Sequence record: DRR723986_5609
DNA length: 51,444 bases
Reading direction: 5' to 3' (one strand)
The translations under genes and the position numbers were made by a program. A model generated the notes under the pieces. The model was not told where the DNA came from. It did not search any database and saw nothing but the letters and a program-made list of their open reading frames with translations. Positions 1 through 10,527 of this stretch are shown piece by piece. Every line of letters begins with the position of its first letter. Positions within the stretch are counted from its first letter, which is position 1.

Positions 1-711
1 GTTGGTGTTGATCTTGATCTTCCAGGCCATCGACTGGGCGGAATGGACAGAGTCCTTGTCGGACGGACCGAACATCATCAACGACGGATACCAGAACCTA
101 TTCAAGGCATCCTGGGCCATGCGGCGCTGCGCTTCCGAACCCTTCGCCATCTTCATCATGATGTCGTAGCCTTGGCGCTGGTGGAAGCTTTCTTCCTTGC
201 AGATACGGATCATCGCCCGCGAGTACGGCCCGAAGGACGTCCGCTGCAACGGCACCTGGTTCATGATTGCCGCGCCATCCACCAACCATCCGACGGCACC
301 GATATCGGCCCATGTCAGGGTTGGGTAGTTGAAGATCGAGGAATATTTCATTTTGCCGGCGTGGAGCAGCTCGATCAACTCGTCCCGGCTGACGCCGAGG
401 GTTTCAGCCGCACAGTAGAGGTAAAGGCCATGGCCTGCCTCATCCTGAACCTTGGCGAGCAGGATTGCCTTGCGCTCGAGTGTAGGCGCACGGGTTATCC
501 AATTGCCTTCAGGCAACTGGCCGACAATTTCCGAATGAGCATGCTGACCGATCTGACGGATCAGGGTCTTTCGATAGCCTTCCGGCATCCAGTCCGTTGG
601 TTCGATTTTCTCACCACGGTCAATGCGGTCCTGAAAGGCTCTTTCCTCGTCCGTCATCTCCGCGAGAGAGAGAACTTTGGTCGAGTCGGTTTTTACCATC
701 TGGGCATACAT
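1..711 (-). CDS. paaA: 1,2-phenylacetyl-CoA epoxidase subunit A (runs off window start)
   Basis: Not in ORF track. Manual translation from ATG at 711 (RBS GGAGG at 716-720): [12 protein letters not shown]...[66 protein letters not shown], the PaaA signature. Adjacent to paaX. Confidence 0.96.
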   Translation of the reverse strand, partial: MYAQMVKTDSTKVLSLAEMTDEERAFQDRIDRGEKIEPTDWMPEGYRKTLIRQIGQHAHSEIVGQLPEGNWITRAPTLERKAILLAKVQDEAGHGLYLYCAAETLGVSRDELIELLHAGKMKYSSIFNYPTLTWADIGAVGWLVDGAAIMNQVPLQRTSFGPYSRAMIRICKEESFHQRQGYDIMMKMAKGSEAQRRMAQDALNRFWYPSLMMFGPSDKDSVHSAQSMAWKIKINTN

Positions 712-758
712 GACGCCTCCTTTCGTCATGTTGAATTTCCAAAAGGATACCTCACAAC

Positions 759-799
759 ACATCACAGAAAAAGCATGAAATTAATTATTTTTGTGATGT
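759..799. promoter_or_regulatory. Inverted repeat ACATCACA-N25-TGTGATGT upstream of paaA, candidate PaaX operator
   Basis: Perfect 8-bp arms at 759-766 and 792-799 in the AT-rich paaX-paaA spacer. Assignment to PaaX is inference. Confidence 0.4.
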
Positions 800-840
800 T
801 TTGTCGCCTGCTTCAAGTGATTGCCGAAAAACACTATAAT

Positions 841-1701
841 TCAATCTGTTAAGGTAAGTGACCGCATACGTTCCTGCACCGCATCCGGTGCGGCCGGTAG
901 TGGGCCATCCTGATTCAACAGGTTCCGACCGATGTAACTGTCGGCTGCCGGAGAAAGGCCCGCGTAGAGCGCGGCGAACAACGAACGCGCTTCGTATCCG
1001 GCCCAGTCTGCCGGCAGGACCGAGCGTGGCAGGCGGGGATCCCGCAGGCGAATGCCGCGATAGGCATGCACCAATGCCAGTCGGAACAACAGTGCAGAGG
1101 CAGGTGCAACACCATCTGCGATCAGGTTCTGCATGGGTTTGAAGTGCGAGACAAAGCCTGTGTAGTCCCGAGCCAGCAGCTCCAGTCCGAATGAGGAAGC
1201 AGCTATTTTTTCCAGTTCACCTGATTTCAGGTTCAAAGCCGACGCGCGAAACGCGGTACCAAGAACGGGGCGTCCCGGTCTGTCGGCGCCGATGTAGACA
1301 TTCCCCTCAAGTGACGCGAAACCAAACCGCATCAGAACGGCCTGATCCGCGGCTTCCGTACAACGGGTCAACAGCCAGCCACAATCCGGATCCTCAGGGC
1401 CATAGAACAAGTCTGCAGCCAGGTGATATTCTTCCCGGGCATCCGGTGTAAGGGCATAAAAGCTTCGCCTGCCTTCCCGCTCACCTTTCAACTGACCTTT
1501 TGAAACCAGGCGAGACACCGCTGTCCTGACGAGCGATTCATTAACGCTGAAGCCGGCACATAGGCTGATCAGGTCTCCCATCCACAGCACGCCGCCACGC
1601 GGTTCAACGATGTCGCCGTAGATGGTCACGATCAGCTGCGCAGCCTTGGGCGGAAAGGGCCGCAGGAAACTGTCGGCAAGTATTTCGGTTCCGGTGTGCA
1701 T
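841..1701 (-). CDS. paaX: PaaX-family transcriptional repressor of phenylacetate catabolism
   Basis: N-terminal wHTH LIVTIYGD...ESLVRTAVSRL and C-terminal DPRLPRSVLPADWAG. Directly upstream of paaA. Confidence 0.92.
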   Translation of the reverse strand: MHTGTEILADSFLRPFPPKAAQLIVTIYGDIVEPRGGVLWMGDLISLCAGFSVNESLVRTAVSRLVSKGQLKGEREGRRSFYALTPDAREEYHLAADLFYGPEDPDCGWLLTRCTEAADQAVLMRFGFASLEGNVYIGADRPGRPVLGTAFRASALNLKSGELEKIAASSFGLELLARDYTGFVSHFKPMQNLIADGVAPASALLFRLALVHAYRGIRLRDPRLPRSVLPADWAGYEARSLFAALYAGLSPAADSYIGRNLLNQDGPLPAAPDAVQERMRSLTLTD

Positions 1702-1803
1702 GAAGCTTCTGATCCGTCAGCATTTTTCTAAAGCTTATCTGTACGGCGGCTGCAAACCAAGATGTTCACGGATGCTCTCGACAACATTCCGGCGAAAGCG
1801 GAC

Positions 1804-1853
1804 TTGAAAACCCAATTTTTGAACGTTATAAAATTACACGTTATAAAATTACA
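1804..1853 (+). promoter_or_regulatory. znuA promoter region with two tandem Zur-like boxes
   Basis: ACGTTATAAAATTAC repeated exactly at 1823-1837 and 1838-1852, resembling the Zur consensus TGTTATA-N-TATAACA. TTGAAA-N17-TATAAA (1804-1832) and TTGAAC-N17-TATAAA (1819-1847). Confidence 0.7.
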
Positions 1854-1872
1854 TCATCCTGAAGGCCTACCT

Positions 1873-3018
1873 ATGCCCCTCACCTTCTCCGCCATCAAGA
1901 ACAGCGCCTGCAGGTCACTTTACCTGACGGCTCCCGCCGCAGCAGCACTAGTGACCCTGACAGTGAATGCGCACGCCGACGCCCCCAGTGTCGTCACGTC
2001 CATCAAACCGATCCATTCCATCGCATCGGCCGTTATGAAAGGTGTCGGGACACCCTATGTCCTTGTCGACGGCGCCTCCTCTCCTCATGGCTACGCGCTG
2101 AAACCGTCGCAGGCGTTTCTACTTCAGGGAGCCGATGTGGTGTTCTGGGTTGGGCCAGAACTAGCTCCCTCGCTCAAGAAGCCGATCGAAACCATGGCCA
2201 AGAATGCTGTAACGGTCGAACTGATCGATGCGTCTGGAATTCATCAACTCGACATTCGCGAAGGTGCCAGCTTCGACGCCCATGATCACGATCATGACGA
2301 TGGGCACAGTGGCGAAGAGCATGCGCATGATCATGCAGAAAAAGATGACCACGACCACGCCGGCGGCGAACATGACCACGAAGAGGGCGAACATGAACAT
2401 GCCGGCCACGAACATGATGACGACGACAGCCACGCCGAAGCCCATGACCACTCGGGTCACGACCACGACGCAGAGCATCAGCACGCGGCACACGGGGCTG
2501 TCGATCCGCATATCTGGCTGAACCCGGAAAACGGCATAGAGATCGCAAAAATCATGGCAGATACCCTGGCGAAACAGGATCCTGCCAACGCCGAAATCTA
2601 TAAAAAGAATGCAGCGGCTTTTTCCAAGCGGATCGCGTCACTCGATCAGGACATTTCCGCTGAACTGGCTCCGTTTGCAGACAAAAAGTTCATCGTCTTC
2701 CACGATGCCTATCATCATTTCGAACATCACTATGAAATCGAGGCCAGTGGATCGGTTACCGTTTCTCCGGAAGCTCTGGCGAGTGCAGACCGAATTCAGG
2801 AAATCCAGGGCAAGATCAGGGACCTCGGCGTAAGCTGCGTTTTTCAGGAACCGCAATTTGACGCAAAGCTGGTTTCGGTTGTTCTGGAAGGCAGCAGCGC
2901 TCGGTCAGGTACGCTTGACCCGCTGGGCACCGATCTTGAAAATGGCCCGGACCTTTATCCGCAACTTCTGAAGGGGCTCTCAAGCTCTCTGAAGGAATGC
3001 CTCGGCGGCGCCTCCTGA
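1873..3018 (+). CDS. znuA: Zinc ABC transporter substrate-binding protein ZnuA
   Basis: Signal peptide ending AHA-D; VVTSIKPIHS, SPHGY, DPHIWL, FHDAY and CVFQEPQF motifs; His/Asp/Glu-rich loop. Start moved to ATG 1873, downstream of the promoter. Confidence 0.93.
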   Translation: MPLTFSAIKNSACRSLYLTAPAAAALVTLTVNAHADAPSVVTSIKPIHSIASAVMKGVGTPYVLVDGASSPHGYALKPSQAFLLQGADVVFWVGPELAPSLKKPIETMAKNAVTVELIDASGIHQLDIREGASFDAHDHDHDDGHSGEEHAHDHAEKDDHDHAGGEHDHEEGEHEHAGHEHDDDDSHAEAHDHSGHDHDAEHQHAAHGAVDPHIWLNPENGIEIAKIMADTLAKQDPANAEIYKKNAAAFSKRIASLDQDISAELAPFADKKFIVFHDAYHHFEHHYEIEASGSVTVSPEALASADRIQEIQGKIRDLGVSCVFQEPQFDAKLVSVVLEGSSARSGTLDPLGTDLENGPDLYPQLLKGLSSSLKECLGGAS

Positions 3019-3042
3019 TATTGCCTCTTGGAGAGGGCAAAC

Positions 3043-3085
3043 AAAAAAGCCGCCGGAGGTCACCCCTTCGGCGGCTTTTGTTGTT
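3043..3085. terminator. Bidirectional intrinsic terminator between znuA and L,D-transpeptidase gene
   Basis: AAAAAAGCCGCCGGAGG...CCTTCGGCGGCTTTTGTT hairpin with A and T tracts on either side. Confidence 0.85.
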
Positions 3086-3098
3086 CTGCTATCCCAGA

Positions 3099-5075
3099 TC
3101 AGGACGTTCTGACTTTTTCCCGCTCTGCTTCGGTTTTCTCGATGGCCTTCAACAGATGCATGTCCCTGTCGTAGACGTCGGTATAGAAGGCAACCGTCCC
3201 GTCCAGTTCAGGCCACGCCGTAAAGTAGGACACATAAACCGGAATATCACCGGTCACCTGTTCTTGCTGGTTCTGACCGCCCGAAATACGCGAGCTCACG
3301 TAATCCTTGGATTTGCCGAGAACCGCAGCGGCCATGGCCTTCGGATCCTGCAGACGGATGCAGCCATGGCTGTATGCGCGCATATCCTTGTTGAAGAGGT
3401 TTTTTGACGGCGTATCGTGCATGTAGATGTGATGCCTGTTCGGGAACAGGATCTTGACTTCGCCAAGCGCGTTCGAGCTGCCCGGATACTGGCGGACGTT
3501 GACCGATTGCTGTTTGGAAGCAACCGCGTACCAGTCGACTGCGGAAGACGAAACCTGCCGGCCACCTGGTGTCGTTACTTCATAACCGGCGCGGTCGAGA
3601 TAACTCGGGTCGTTGGCCAGTTTCGGCAGCATTTCATTGACAATGATCGAATACGGCACGCCCCAATAGGGATTGTACTCAACGATTTCGATCTTGTCGT
3701 AGAAGAAGTTGGTCTGATTGGACTTCTTGCCGACAACCACCCGCATGCTCAATGGAGCTTCGTCAGGCGCGGTATAGGTCGCGGTGAAGGCAGCCTGGTT
3801 GATGAAAACCTTGCGTTCGCCGAGCTCTTCGGGAAGCCAGCGGCTGCGCTCCATGGCCAGTTCGACCTTGGCGATCTTCGCCGCGTTGGTTTCGCCGACC
3901 ATCGCGTTGATGGTGTTCTTGCCGATGATACCATCCGGCGTGAGCTTGGCTTCCTTCTGGAAAGCCTTCACCAGCTCAACGAGTTCCGGAGAATAAAGTT
4001 CAGCGCCATCATAGGCATTCAGCGTCTCTTCATGAGCCGACTTGAGTTCCTCCGAGCCGTTCTTGGCGATCGCGGCGACGATGTTCTTCATTTCAGGGCT
4101 GGATTTGCCAGCCTTCAGGAATGTGCCGGGCGCGATGACGATCTGGTCGGCGTCTTCATCTTCTGCACGTAGGCGGGCCAACTCTTCGGTCAGCTTGCGG
4201 AAATGTTCACTTTGAGGCTGCGCTTTGGCAACTGCTGTTTCGACATTGGCCGCTGCCTTGAAGCCTTCCAGGGCTGCAACGAGATCGACTTCATGCCTTG
4301 GCAGATCGTGATATTCGGAAATCCGGTTCGGATCGACACGGCCGCGCCTGGAATCCAGAACATATGTCAGAACGGCTGCACTCATCTCCATCTCGAACCG
4401 CATTGTAGCGGCATCGAGTGCCTCACCTTCAAGACCTTCAGTTACGGGAAGATCGACGACATAGTCTTCCGGGTTCAGCGCAAATTTGCCTGTTTCAGCG
4501 AGACTGCTGCGGACCGCGATTGCCTTTTCTGTCGGCTTAACGTCTTTCACCCAGACGAAATCGGGATGCTCACGATAGAATGAAATGACTGCAGAACCCA
4601 CTTCCGGAAGGACGGTGAGCGACATGTCTTTCAATGCCGGACGCGCCGTGTCGAATGCGGTCAGAACGACCGGAGCCTGTGGCAGGCTATCGCTTTCGGT
4701 GCTCGGGGCATCCGTCGTTTCAACGGGCTGGACATCAGGCTTCACCTCGGCGGACTTGATCTCCGACAGCTCAGCCAGCGAAACCTTCTTCCAGCTGTCG
4801 GCCGTGTAATTGAGGTAGCGCGGCGCAGAGACCTTTGCGGTAACGACCTTCTTGCTAAGATCCTGCTGGCGCTCACGCTCCTGCTGTCGGCGATGCGCTT
4901 CCGGATTGAACAGACGCTGGAACAACCCCTGCGCGGAAGCAGGCTCTACCGAGACCAGGTTAAAACCGGAAAAAAGCACTGTCGCCATCAAGCCAGCCCT
5001 GAGGGACGTCCCCAGGACGGAACGTTTCGGTTTTTTCCTGGTACATTCGCTCAGTGCCATTGCATTCGCTCGCAT
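3099..5075 (-). CDS. YcbB/LdtD-type L,D-transpeptidase with scaffold and peptidoglycan-binding domains
   Basis: Signal peptide; PG-binding motif AFQKEAKLTPDGIIGKNT; catalytic IYMHDTP...SHGCIRL; NPYWGVPYSI motif. Confidence 0.9.
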   Translation of the reverse strand: MRANAMALSECTRKKPKRSVLGTSLRAGLMATVLFSGFNLVSVEPASAQGLFQRLFNPEAHRRQQERERQQDLSKKVVTAKVSAPRYLNYTADSWKKVSLAELSEIKSAEVKPDVQPVETTDAPSTESDSLPQAPVVLTAFDTARPALKDMSLTVLPEVGSAVISFYREHPDFVWVKDVKPTEKAIAVRSSLAETGKFALNPEDYVVDLPVTEGLEGEALDAATMRFEMEMSAAVLTYVLDSRRGRVDPNRISEYHDLPRHEVDLVAALEGFKAAANVETAVAKAQPQSEHFRKLTEELARLRAEDEDADQIVIAPGTFLKAGKSSPEMKNIVAAIAKNGSEELKSAHEETLNAYDGAELYSPELVELVKAFQKEAKLTPDGIIGKNTINAMVGETNAAKIAKVELAMERSRWLPEELGERKVFINQAAFTATYTAPDEAPLSMRVVVGKKSNQTNFFYDKIEIVEYNPYWGVPYSIIVNEMLPKLANDPSYLDRAGYEVTTPGGRQVSSSAVDWYAVASKQQSVNVRQYPGSSNALGEVKILFPNRHHIYMHDTPSKNLFNKDMRAYSHGCIRLQDPKAMAAAVLGKSKDYVSSRISGGQNQQEQVTGDIPVYVSYFTAWPELDGTVAFYTDVYDRDMHLLKAIEKTEAEREKVRTS

Positions 5076-5519
5076 TGTCTAAACCCGCTTATTTTAAATC
5101 TTTTCGAACCTGACGCCTTGCCCAAGTCACCAGGGTTTTATTGCTTCCCTGCAAGGATCGAAGGCTGTTCGGCATATCCGCCGAGGATGTTCTACATCCG
5201 AGCGTGATATGGCAACGCAGTTACCGTGCAACCGGGCCCCGCGACCCGATTCCCGGAAACTGCGCCCGTAAACCGTTTGATACTATAACAGGGTTCATCA
5301 GATGGTTAAGGGGCGCCGTCCTACACAGGTTTGAAATCAGCCGACTGTGACGATTTTGCCTCGTTGCTGACAGTACAGCTGCCCACCATCACGGTGCCAG
5401 AAACGGCAGAACTGCGGCTGTTTGGAAAAACAACCTGGCGTGATTGGCATCACGCCGCCTTCTTCGTCAACGGCGTATCTACGGCTTCACGAGTACGTGA
5501 GACATTACCGGAGAGCCAA

Positions 5520-5996
5520 ATGCCGTTTCAATTCAATGTTGGTGACCATTCGTCACCGATCTGGAAATACACAAGTTTCAACTCTTCCCAGTACTCAAAG
5601 CTGAAATGGGCCAGAAACAAGCTTTTCAAGATGGTCAAGAACAACCCGGGATGTAATGCCTATTTCCGGACGCTACCCAAGGGGCGAAGCTTGTCGGACA
5701 TGATCAACGACAGCTCGATTTGGGTGAATTACGGACCGACCATTTCACCGCTACACGGGGAAATCCACGTTCCTTCCGGGGAAATCGCGGTTGGTGACCG
5801 GGCCTTTAAAATGGGCAGGTGGATGGTGCTGGCCACCATCATTCATGAATTCGCGCATCACAACGGCGCCCCGATTACGGGTGGCGACACACGCGCAGAA
5901 GAAGCCGTCTATCACTGCGGTCTCGGCAGTGCGAAGGAATATTACGACGGCGTTGATGACCCGAACACGCCTTACGACCCGAACGTCGGCGGTTGA
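5520..5996 (+). CDS. Hypothetical 158-aa zincin-type metallopeptidase (HEXXH)
   Basis: ATG 5520 preceded by GGAGAG; ATIIHEFAHHNGA...AEEA motif; no signal peptide. Function inferred from motif only. Confidence 0.7.
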   Translation: MPFQFNVGDHSSPIWKYTSFNSSQYSKLKWARNKLFKMVKNNPGCNAYFRTLPKGRSLSDMINDSSIWVNYGPTISPLHGEIHVPSGEIAVGDRAFKMGRWMVLATIIHEFAHHNGAPITGGDTRAEEAVYHCGLGSAKEYYDGVDDPNTPYDPNVGG

Positions 5997-6057
5997 TCAA
6001 CATACCCTGGTGCGCGGCCCCAAAGCATGGGACCGCACCCGCTAACGCAGAAAAAGA

Positions 6058-6618
6058 TCAGAACGGAATTTCGTCGTCCATGGGGCCGCCACCGCCACCG
6101 GACGGACCGCCGTAACCGCCACCGCTGCTGGAACCGCCGCCATAGCCACCACCGAAATTCCCGCCGGAACCGGAACCGGAACCGCCGCCGCCGAAGCCAC
6201 CTCCGCCGCCGCCTTGTGAGTCATTGCCGTAATCGGGAAGACCGCCGGATGCACCGCCACCTTCGCCGCGGCCGTCAAGCATGGTCAGGTTGGAGTTGAA
6301 GCCCTGCAGCACGATCTCGGTGGAGTACCGGTCCTGACCGGACTGATCCTGCCATTTGCGGGTCTGAAGCTGGCCTTCGAGATAAACCTTTGATCCCTTG
6401 CGCAGATATTGCTCCGCAACTTTGCAAAGACCGTCGTTGAAGATCACGACGCGGTGCCACTCCGTCTTTTCACGACGCTCACCGGTGTTGCGGTCGCGCC
6501 AGGATTCCGACGTCGCAATCCGGAGATTGGCGATCGGGCGGCCATCCTGCGTACGGCGGATTTCCGGGTCTGCTCCCAGATTGCCGACCAAAATTACTTT
6601 GTTGACGCTGCCCGCCAT
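6058..6618 (-). CDS. ssb: Single-stranded DNA-binding protein
   Basis: [23 protein letters not shown] fold, Gly-rich linker, C-terminal DDEIPF. Confidence 0.99.
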   Translation of the reverse strand: MAGSVNKVILVGNLGADPEIRRTQDGRPIANLRIATSESWRDRNTGERREKTEWHRVVIFNDGLCKVAEQYLRKGSKVYLEGQLQTRKWQDQSGQDRYSTEIVLQGFNSNLTMLDGRGEGGGASGGLPDYGNDSQGGGGGGFGGGGSGSGSGGNFGGGYGGGSSSGGGYGGPSGGGGGPMDDEIPF

Positions 6619-6877
6619 ACTGAACTCCTGTTTGTTTTTCGTTGACCCCGCCGACGATGTTCGTGTGCTTCTCCGGCACGTGTCGATAAACGGTCAACGT
6701 TGCAAGCTTTGCTGCTAGAAACCAGAACCCTAACGGCACGCCAACAGCTTCGCCGCTATTTTCGCCAGGCTTCACTCATTTTCCACAAGGCAACTCACAA
6801 ACTGCTGCCTGGTTCATCCGCCTAAAATTCGAGCAAAGTCGACAGACACAATCCTTGATTGCGCCAAGTTACAATTT

Positions 6878-6892
6878 GCTCCACTTTTGTTC
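6878..6892. promoter_or_regulatory. Alphaproteobacterial LexA (SOS) box, 1 mismatch
   Basis: GCTC-CACTTTT-GTTC versus consensus GTTC-N7-GTTC, in the ssb/uvrA divergent region. Confidence 0.55.
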
Positions 6893-6989
6893 CAATTAAG
6901 CCCCGATTTTTCTGTCAGGACATTATCTCATGAACTGCGAGGTTTCGGTCACCTATTTCTGCTCGGCTCCTGACGCCGCAATCGTTAAT

Positions 6990-7004
6990 GTACTTGTTTT
7001 GTTC
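6990..7004. promoter_or_regulatory. Alphaproteobacterial LexA (SOS) box
   Basis: GTAC-TTGTTTT-GTTC between ssb and uvrA, both established LexA targets. Confidence 0.75.
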
Positions 7005-7202
7005 TTATCATTTCTGTAAAAGCGATTCAATCAGGCATCGCATCGACAAGTGCCTCTGGCACGATAATGAAAATGCTTCACTGGAAGCTCCGCCCGAAAC
7101 TGCTATATCGGGGCAAACAGACATCATCGGCAATGGACCATCTTAGCGTATGCGAGAGCAACAATCGGCTTTGGGCGACGCATGCGGTCAGGAAGAACGA
7201 CA

Positions 7203-10133
7203 ATGAAGACAGCCAAGGGATCGCAGTCGGAAGAAGCCTGGAAGGCGGACCCAACACGGGTCATCAGCATCCGTGGCGCACGGGAGCATAATCTCAAGGG
7301 CGTCGATCTGGACCTGCCCCGCGACAAGTTGATTGTCATGACCGGCCTGTCTGGCTCAGGCAAGTCGTCACTCGCCTTCGACACCATATATGCAGAAGGA
7401 CAGCGACGGTACGTGGAAAGCCTGTCCGCCTACGCGCGCCAGTTCCTGGAAATGATGCAGAAACCGGACGTCGACCAGATCGACGGACTGTCGCCGGCAA
7501 TCTCCATCGAACAAAAGACCACGTCCCGCAATCCGCGCTCCACGGTCGGAACGGTTACGGAAATCTACGATTACATGCGCCTTTTGTTTGCGCGTGTTGG
7601 CGTTCCCTATTCCCCCGCCACCGGTCTGCCTATCGAAAGCCAGACCGTCAGCCAGATGGTCGATCGCATTCTGGAGCTGGAAGAAGGTGCCCGCCTCTAC
7701 CTGCTCGCGCCGATGGTTCGCGGCCGCAAGGGCGAGTATCGCAAGGAACTTGCCGAGCTGATGAAGAAGGGTTTCCAGCGCGTCAAGATCGACGGAACCT
7801 TCCATGAGATTTCCGAGGCCCCTGCCCTCGACAAGAAATTCAAGCACGATATCGACGTCGTCGTAGACCGTATCGTCGTGCGTGACGATATCTCCGGTCG
7901 GCTTGCCGATTCACTGGAAACGGCGCTGAAACTTGCCGACGGCATTGCAATTGCCGAATTTGCCGACAAGACCGACGAGAACGGCAACCCGGAACGGCTG
8001 ATCTTTTCCGAAAAATTTGCCTGCCCGGTATCCGGCTTCACCATTCCGGAGATCGAGCCGCGCCTGTTTTCGTTCAACAATCCCTTCGGTGCCTGCCCCA
8101 CTTGTGATGGCCTTGGAACGACACTCGCCTTCGAAGAAGACCTGGTTGTTCCTGACCACTCGCTTTCCCTGCGCGAAGGAGCTGTCCTGCCGTGGGCGAA
8201 GACAGGGTCGACATCACCTTATTATGCCCAGACGCTGGAAGCACTCTGCAGTCATTTCAAGGTGTCCATGGCAACGCCCTGGAAGGATCTTCCTTCGGAA
8301 GTGCGCGAGGCAATCCTTCATGGAACCGGCAATGCGAAGATTGAATTCGTCTATGATGACGGCGTCCGCAGTTACCGGACAGAGAAGACCTTTGAAGGTG
8401 TAATCGGCAATATCGAGCGGCGCTGGCGCGAGACGGAATCCACCTGGGTTCGCGAGGAACTGGCAAGGTTTCAATCCGATCATGCCTGCCCGGCTTGCAG
8501 CGGGTTCCGTCTGAAGCCGGAAGCGCTTGCCGTCAAGATCGCCGGCAGGCATATCGGTCAGATCACCGAACATTCCATTCGCGATGCAAGCCTCTGGTTT
8601 GAAGCCCTGCCGGAGCAACTGAACGACAAACAGAGCGAAATCGCAGGCCGCATCCTGAAGGAAATTCGCGAGCGGCTGAAGTTCCTGAATGACGTAGGTC
8701 TTGAATATCTCACCTTGTCCCGGTCTTCCGGAACACTGTCAGGCGGCGAAAGCCAGCGTATCCGCCTCGCCTCGCAGATCGGCTCGGGGCTGACAGGAGT
8801 TCTCTATGTACTGGATGAGCCGTCCATTGGCCTTCATCAGCGCGACAACGCCCGTCTTCTGGAAACGCTGAAACACCTGCGCGATCTCGGCAATACGGTG
8901 ATTGTGGTCGAGCATGATGAAGACGCGGTGCTGACTGCCGATTACGTTGTCGACGTCGGGCCAGGAGCGGGTGTCCATGGCGGGCAGATCGTCGCCAAGG
9001 GCACTCCCTCCGAAATCATGGCCAATCCCAATTCGTTGACGGGGCAGTACCTGTCTGGATCCATGATGGTTTCGCGCAACGACGAGCGCAGAAAAATCAA
9101 CAAGAAGCGGAAGATCTCCGTTCGCGGCGCCCGCGGCAACAATCTGAAGGACATTGACGTCGACGTGCCGCTCAGCACGTTTACCTGTGTCACCGGTGTG
9201 TCGGGTGGCGGCAAGTCCACGTTTCTGATCGATACGCTCTACAAGGCCGCGGCTCGTCGTCTCAATGGCGCGCGGGACAACCCTGCCCCGCACGATCGCA
9301 TCGAAGGCCTGGAAGTGCTCGACAAGGTCATCGACATCGATCAGTCACCGATCGGCCGGACCCCCAGATCCAACCCGGCGACCTACACCGGTGCCTTTAC
9401 CCCGATCCGTGAATGGTTCGCCGGCATGCCTGAAGCCAAGGCCAGAGGCTATCAGCCCGGCCGGTTCTCCTTCAACGTCAAGGGAGGCCGCTGCGAAGCC
9501 TGTCAGGGCGACGGCGTCATAAAGATCGAAATGCACTTTCTGCCGGATGTGTACGTCACTTGCGACGTATGCAAAGGCAAACGGTACAATCGGGAAACGC
9601 TCGAGGTCGAGTTCAAGGGCAAGTCGATTGCCGACGTGCTCGACATGACCGTGGATGAAGCCGCCGTGTTCTTCTCCGCAGTTCCCGCCGTGCGCGACAA
9701 GATGGAGACTCTGGCGCGTGTCGGTCTCGGCTACATCAAGGTCGGCCAACAGGCGACCACGCTCTCAGGTGGTGAAGCGCAGCGCGTAAAGCTTGCGAAG
9801 GAACTCTCCAAGCGCTCGACGGGCCGCACGCTTTACATTCTGGACGAACCCACGACAGGTCTGCATTTTCACGATGTCGCAAAGCTGCTGGAAGTGCTTC
9901 ACGAACTGGTTGACCAGGGCAACACGGTTTTGGTGATCGAGCACAATCTTGAAGTCATCAAGACGGCAGACTGGATTATCGATCTGGGACCGGAAGGAGG
10001 CGACGGTGGCGGCACGGTGGTTGCAACCGGACGGCCTGAAGACGTTGCCGAGGTTTCGGAAAGCTACACGGGTCAATTCCTGCAGGAACTGCTGCAGCGA
10101 CGTCCGCAACGGGCACACGACGCTGCGGAATAA
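7203..10133 (+). CDS. uvrA: Excinuclease ABC subunit A
   Basis: [10 protein letters not shown], two Walker A motifs ([16 protein letters not shown]), two LSGGE signatures, Cys zinc sites. Start ATG 7203 preferred. Confidence 0.99.
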   Translation: MKTAKGSQSEEAWKADPTRVISIRGAREHNLKGVDLDLPRDKLIVMTGLSGSGKSSLAFDTIYAEGQRRYVESLSAYARQFLEMMQKPDVDQIDGLSPAISIEQKTTSRNPRSTVGTVTEIYDYMRLLFARVGVPYSPATGLPIESQTVSQMVDRILELEEGARLYLLAPMVRGRKGEYRKELAELMKKGFQRVKIDGTFHEISEAPALDKKFKHDIDVVVDRIVVRDDISGRLADSLETALKLADGIAIAEFADKTDENGNPERLIFSEKFACPVSGFTIPEIEPRLFSFNNPFGACPTCDGLGTTLAFEEDLVVPDHSLSLREGAVLPWAKTGSTSPYYAQTLEALCSHFKVSMATPWKDLPSEVREAILHGTGNAKIEFVYDDGVRSYRTEKTFEGVIGNIERRWRETESTWVREELARFQSDHACPACSGFRLKPEALAVKIAGRHIGQITEHSIRDASLWFEALPEQLNDKQSEIAGRILKEIRERLKFLNDVGLEYLTLSRSSGTLSGGESQRIRLASQIGSGLTGVLYVLDEPSIGLHQRDNARLLETLKHLRDLGNTVIVVEHDEDAVLTADYVVDVGPGAGVHGGQIVAKGTPSEIMANPNSLTGQYLSGSMMVSRNDERRKINKKRKISVRGARGNNLKDIDVDVPLSTFTCVTGVSGGGKSTFLIDTLYKAAARRLNGARDNPAPHDRIEGLEVLDKVIDIDQSPIGRTPRSNPATYTGAFTPIREWFAGMPEAKARGYQPGRFSFNVKGGRCEACQGDGVIKIEMHFLPDVYVTCDVCKGKRYNRETLEVEFKGKSIADVLDMTVDEAAVFFSAVPAVRDKMETLARVGLGYIKVGQQATTLSGGEAQRVKLAKELSKRSTGRTLYILDEPTTGLHFHDVAKLLEVLHELVDQGNTVLVIEHNLEVIKTADWIIDLGPEGGDGGGTVVATGRPEDVAEVSESYTGQFLQELLQRRPQRAHDAAE

Positions 10134-10163
10134 GTCTTAACCAGTCTCCAGTTACGCGACGAC

Positions 10164-10197
10164 AGGCATGTGTGCACCGCACACATGCCTTTTTCAT
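10164..10197 (+). terminator. uvrA intrinsic terminator
   Basis: AGGCATGTGTGC-ACC-GCACACATGCCT hairpin followed by TTTTT. Confidence 0.8.
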
Positions 10198-10377
10198 TTG
10201 TATTTCCGCACGTTCCACGAATCATCCCGATTCTGGCTGCGCAAGCTTTGCTGCATTGCATCAAACGCATGTCAGGCATGCAGAGATGGCACTTCTTTTA
10301 TTTCGAGTGGTGAAATATATCATTGGACAACAACGGCGCGGAACGCACACGCGTTTCGATAATTAAGGAATAAGAAG

Positions 10378-10527
10378 ATGTTTGACACCGTGCGCCAAAA
10401 GTACAGCAACTGGGTAAGCTACCGCCGTGCGGTTGACGAATTGTCCCGCCTTTCGGCCCGTGAGCTTGCCGACCTCGGCATCTGCCGCAGCGACATCAAA
10501 TTTGTCGCGCGTCGTCAGATTGGCTGA
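10378..10527 (+). CDS. Small DUF1127 (YjiS-like) protein, 49 aa
   Basis: Below ORF cutoff. MFDTVRQKYSNWVSYRRAVDELSRLSARELADLGICRSDIKFVARRQIG matches the W..YR....EL..L..REL.DLGI.R.DI pattern. RBS TAAGGA upstream. Confidence 0.93.
   Translation: MFDTVRQKYSNWVSYRRAVDELSRLSARELADLGICRSDIKFVARRQIG

Noticed and set aside
43..852. 269-aa plus-strand ORF
   Set aside because: Antisense shadow of paaA, which is clearly recognisable on the minus strand.
5331..5519. 63-aa N-terminal extension of the HEXXH ORF from a TTG start
   Set aside because: ATG 5520 has a good RBS, and the extension lies in the probable promoter region shared with the divergent LDT gene.
6085..6275. CCG/CCA-rich repetitive tract
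   Set aside because: Encodes the ordinary Gly-rich linker of SSB.
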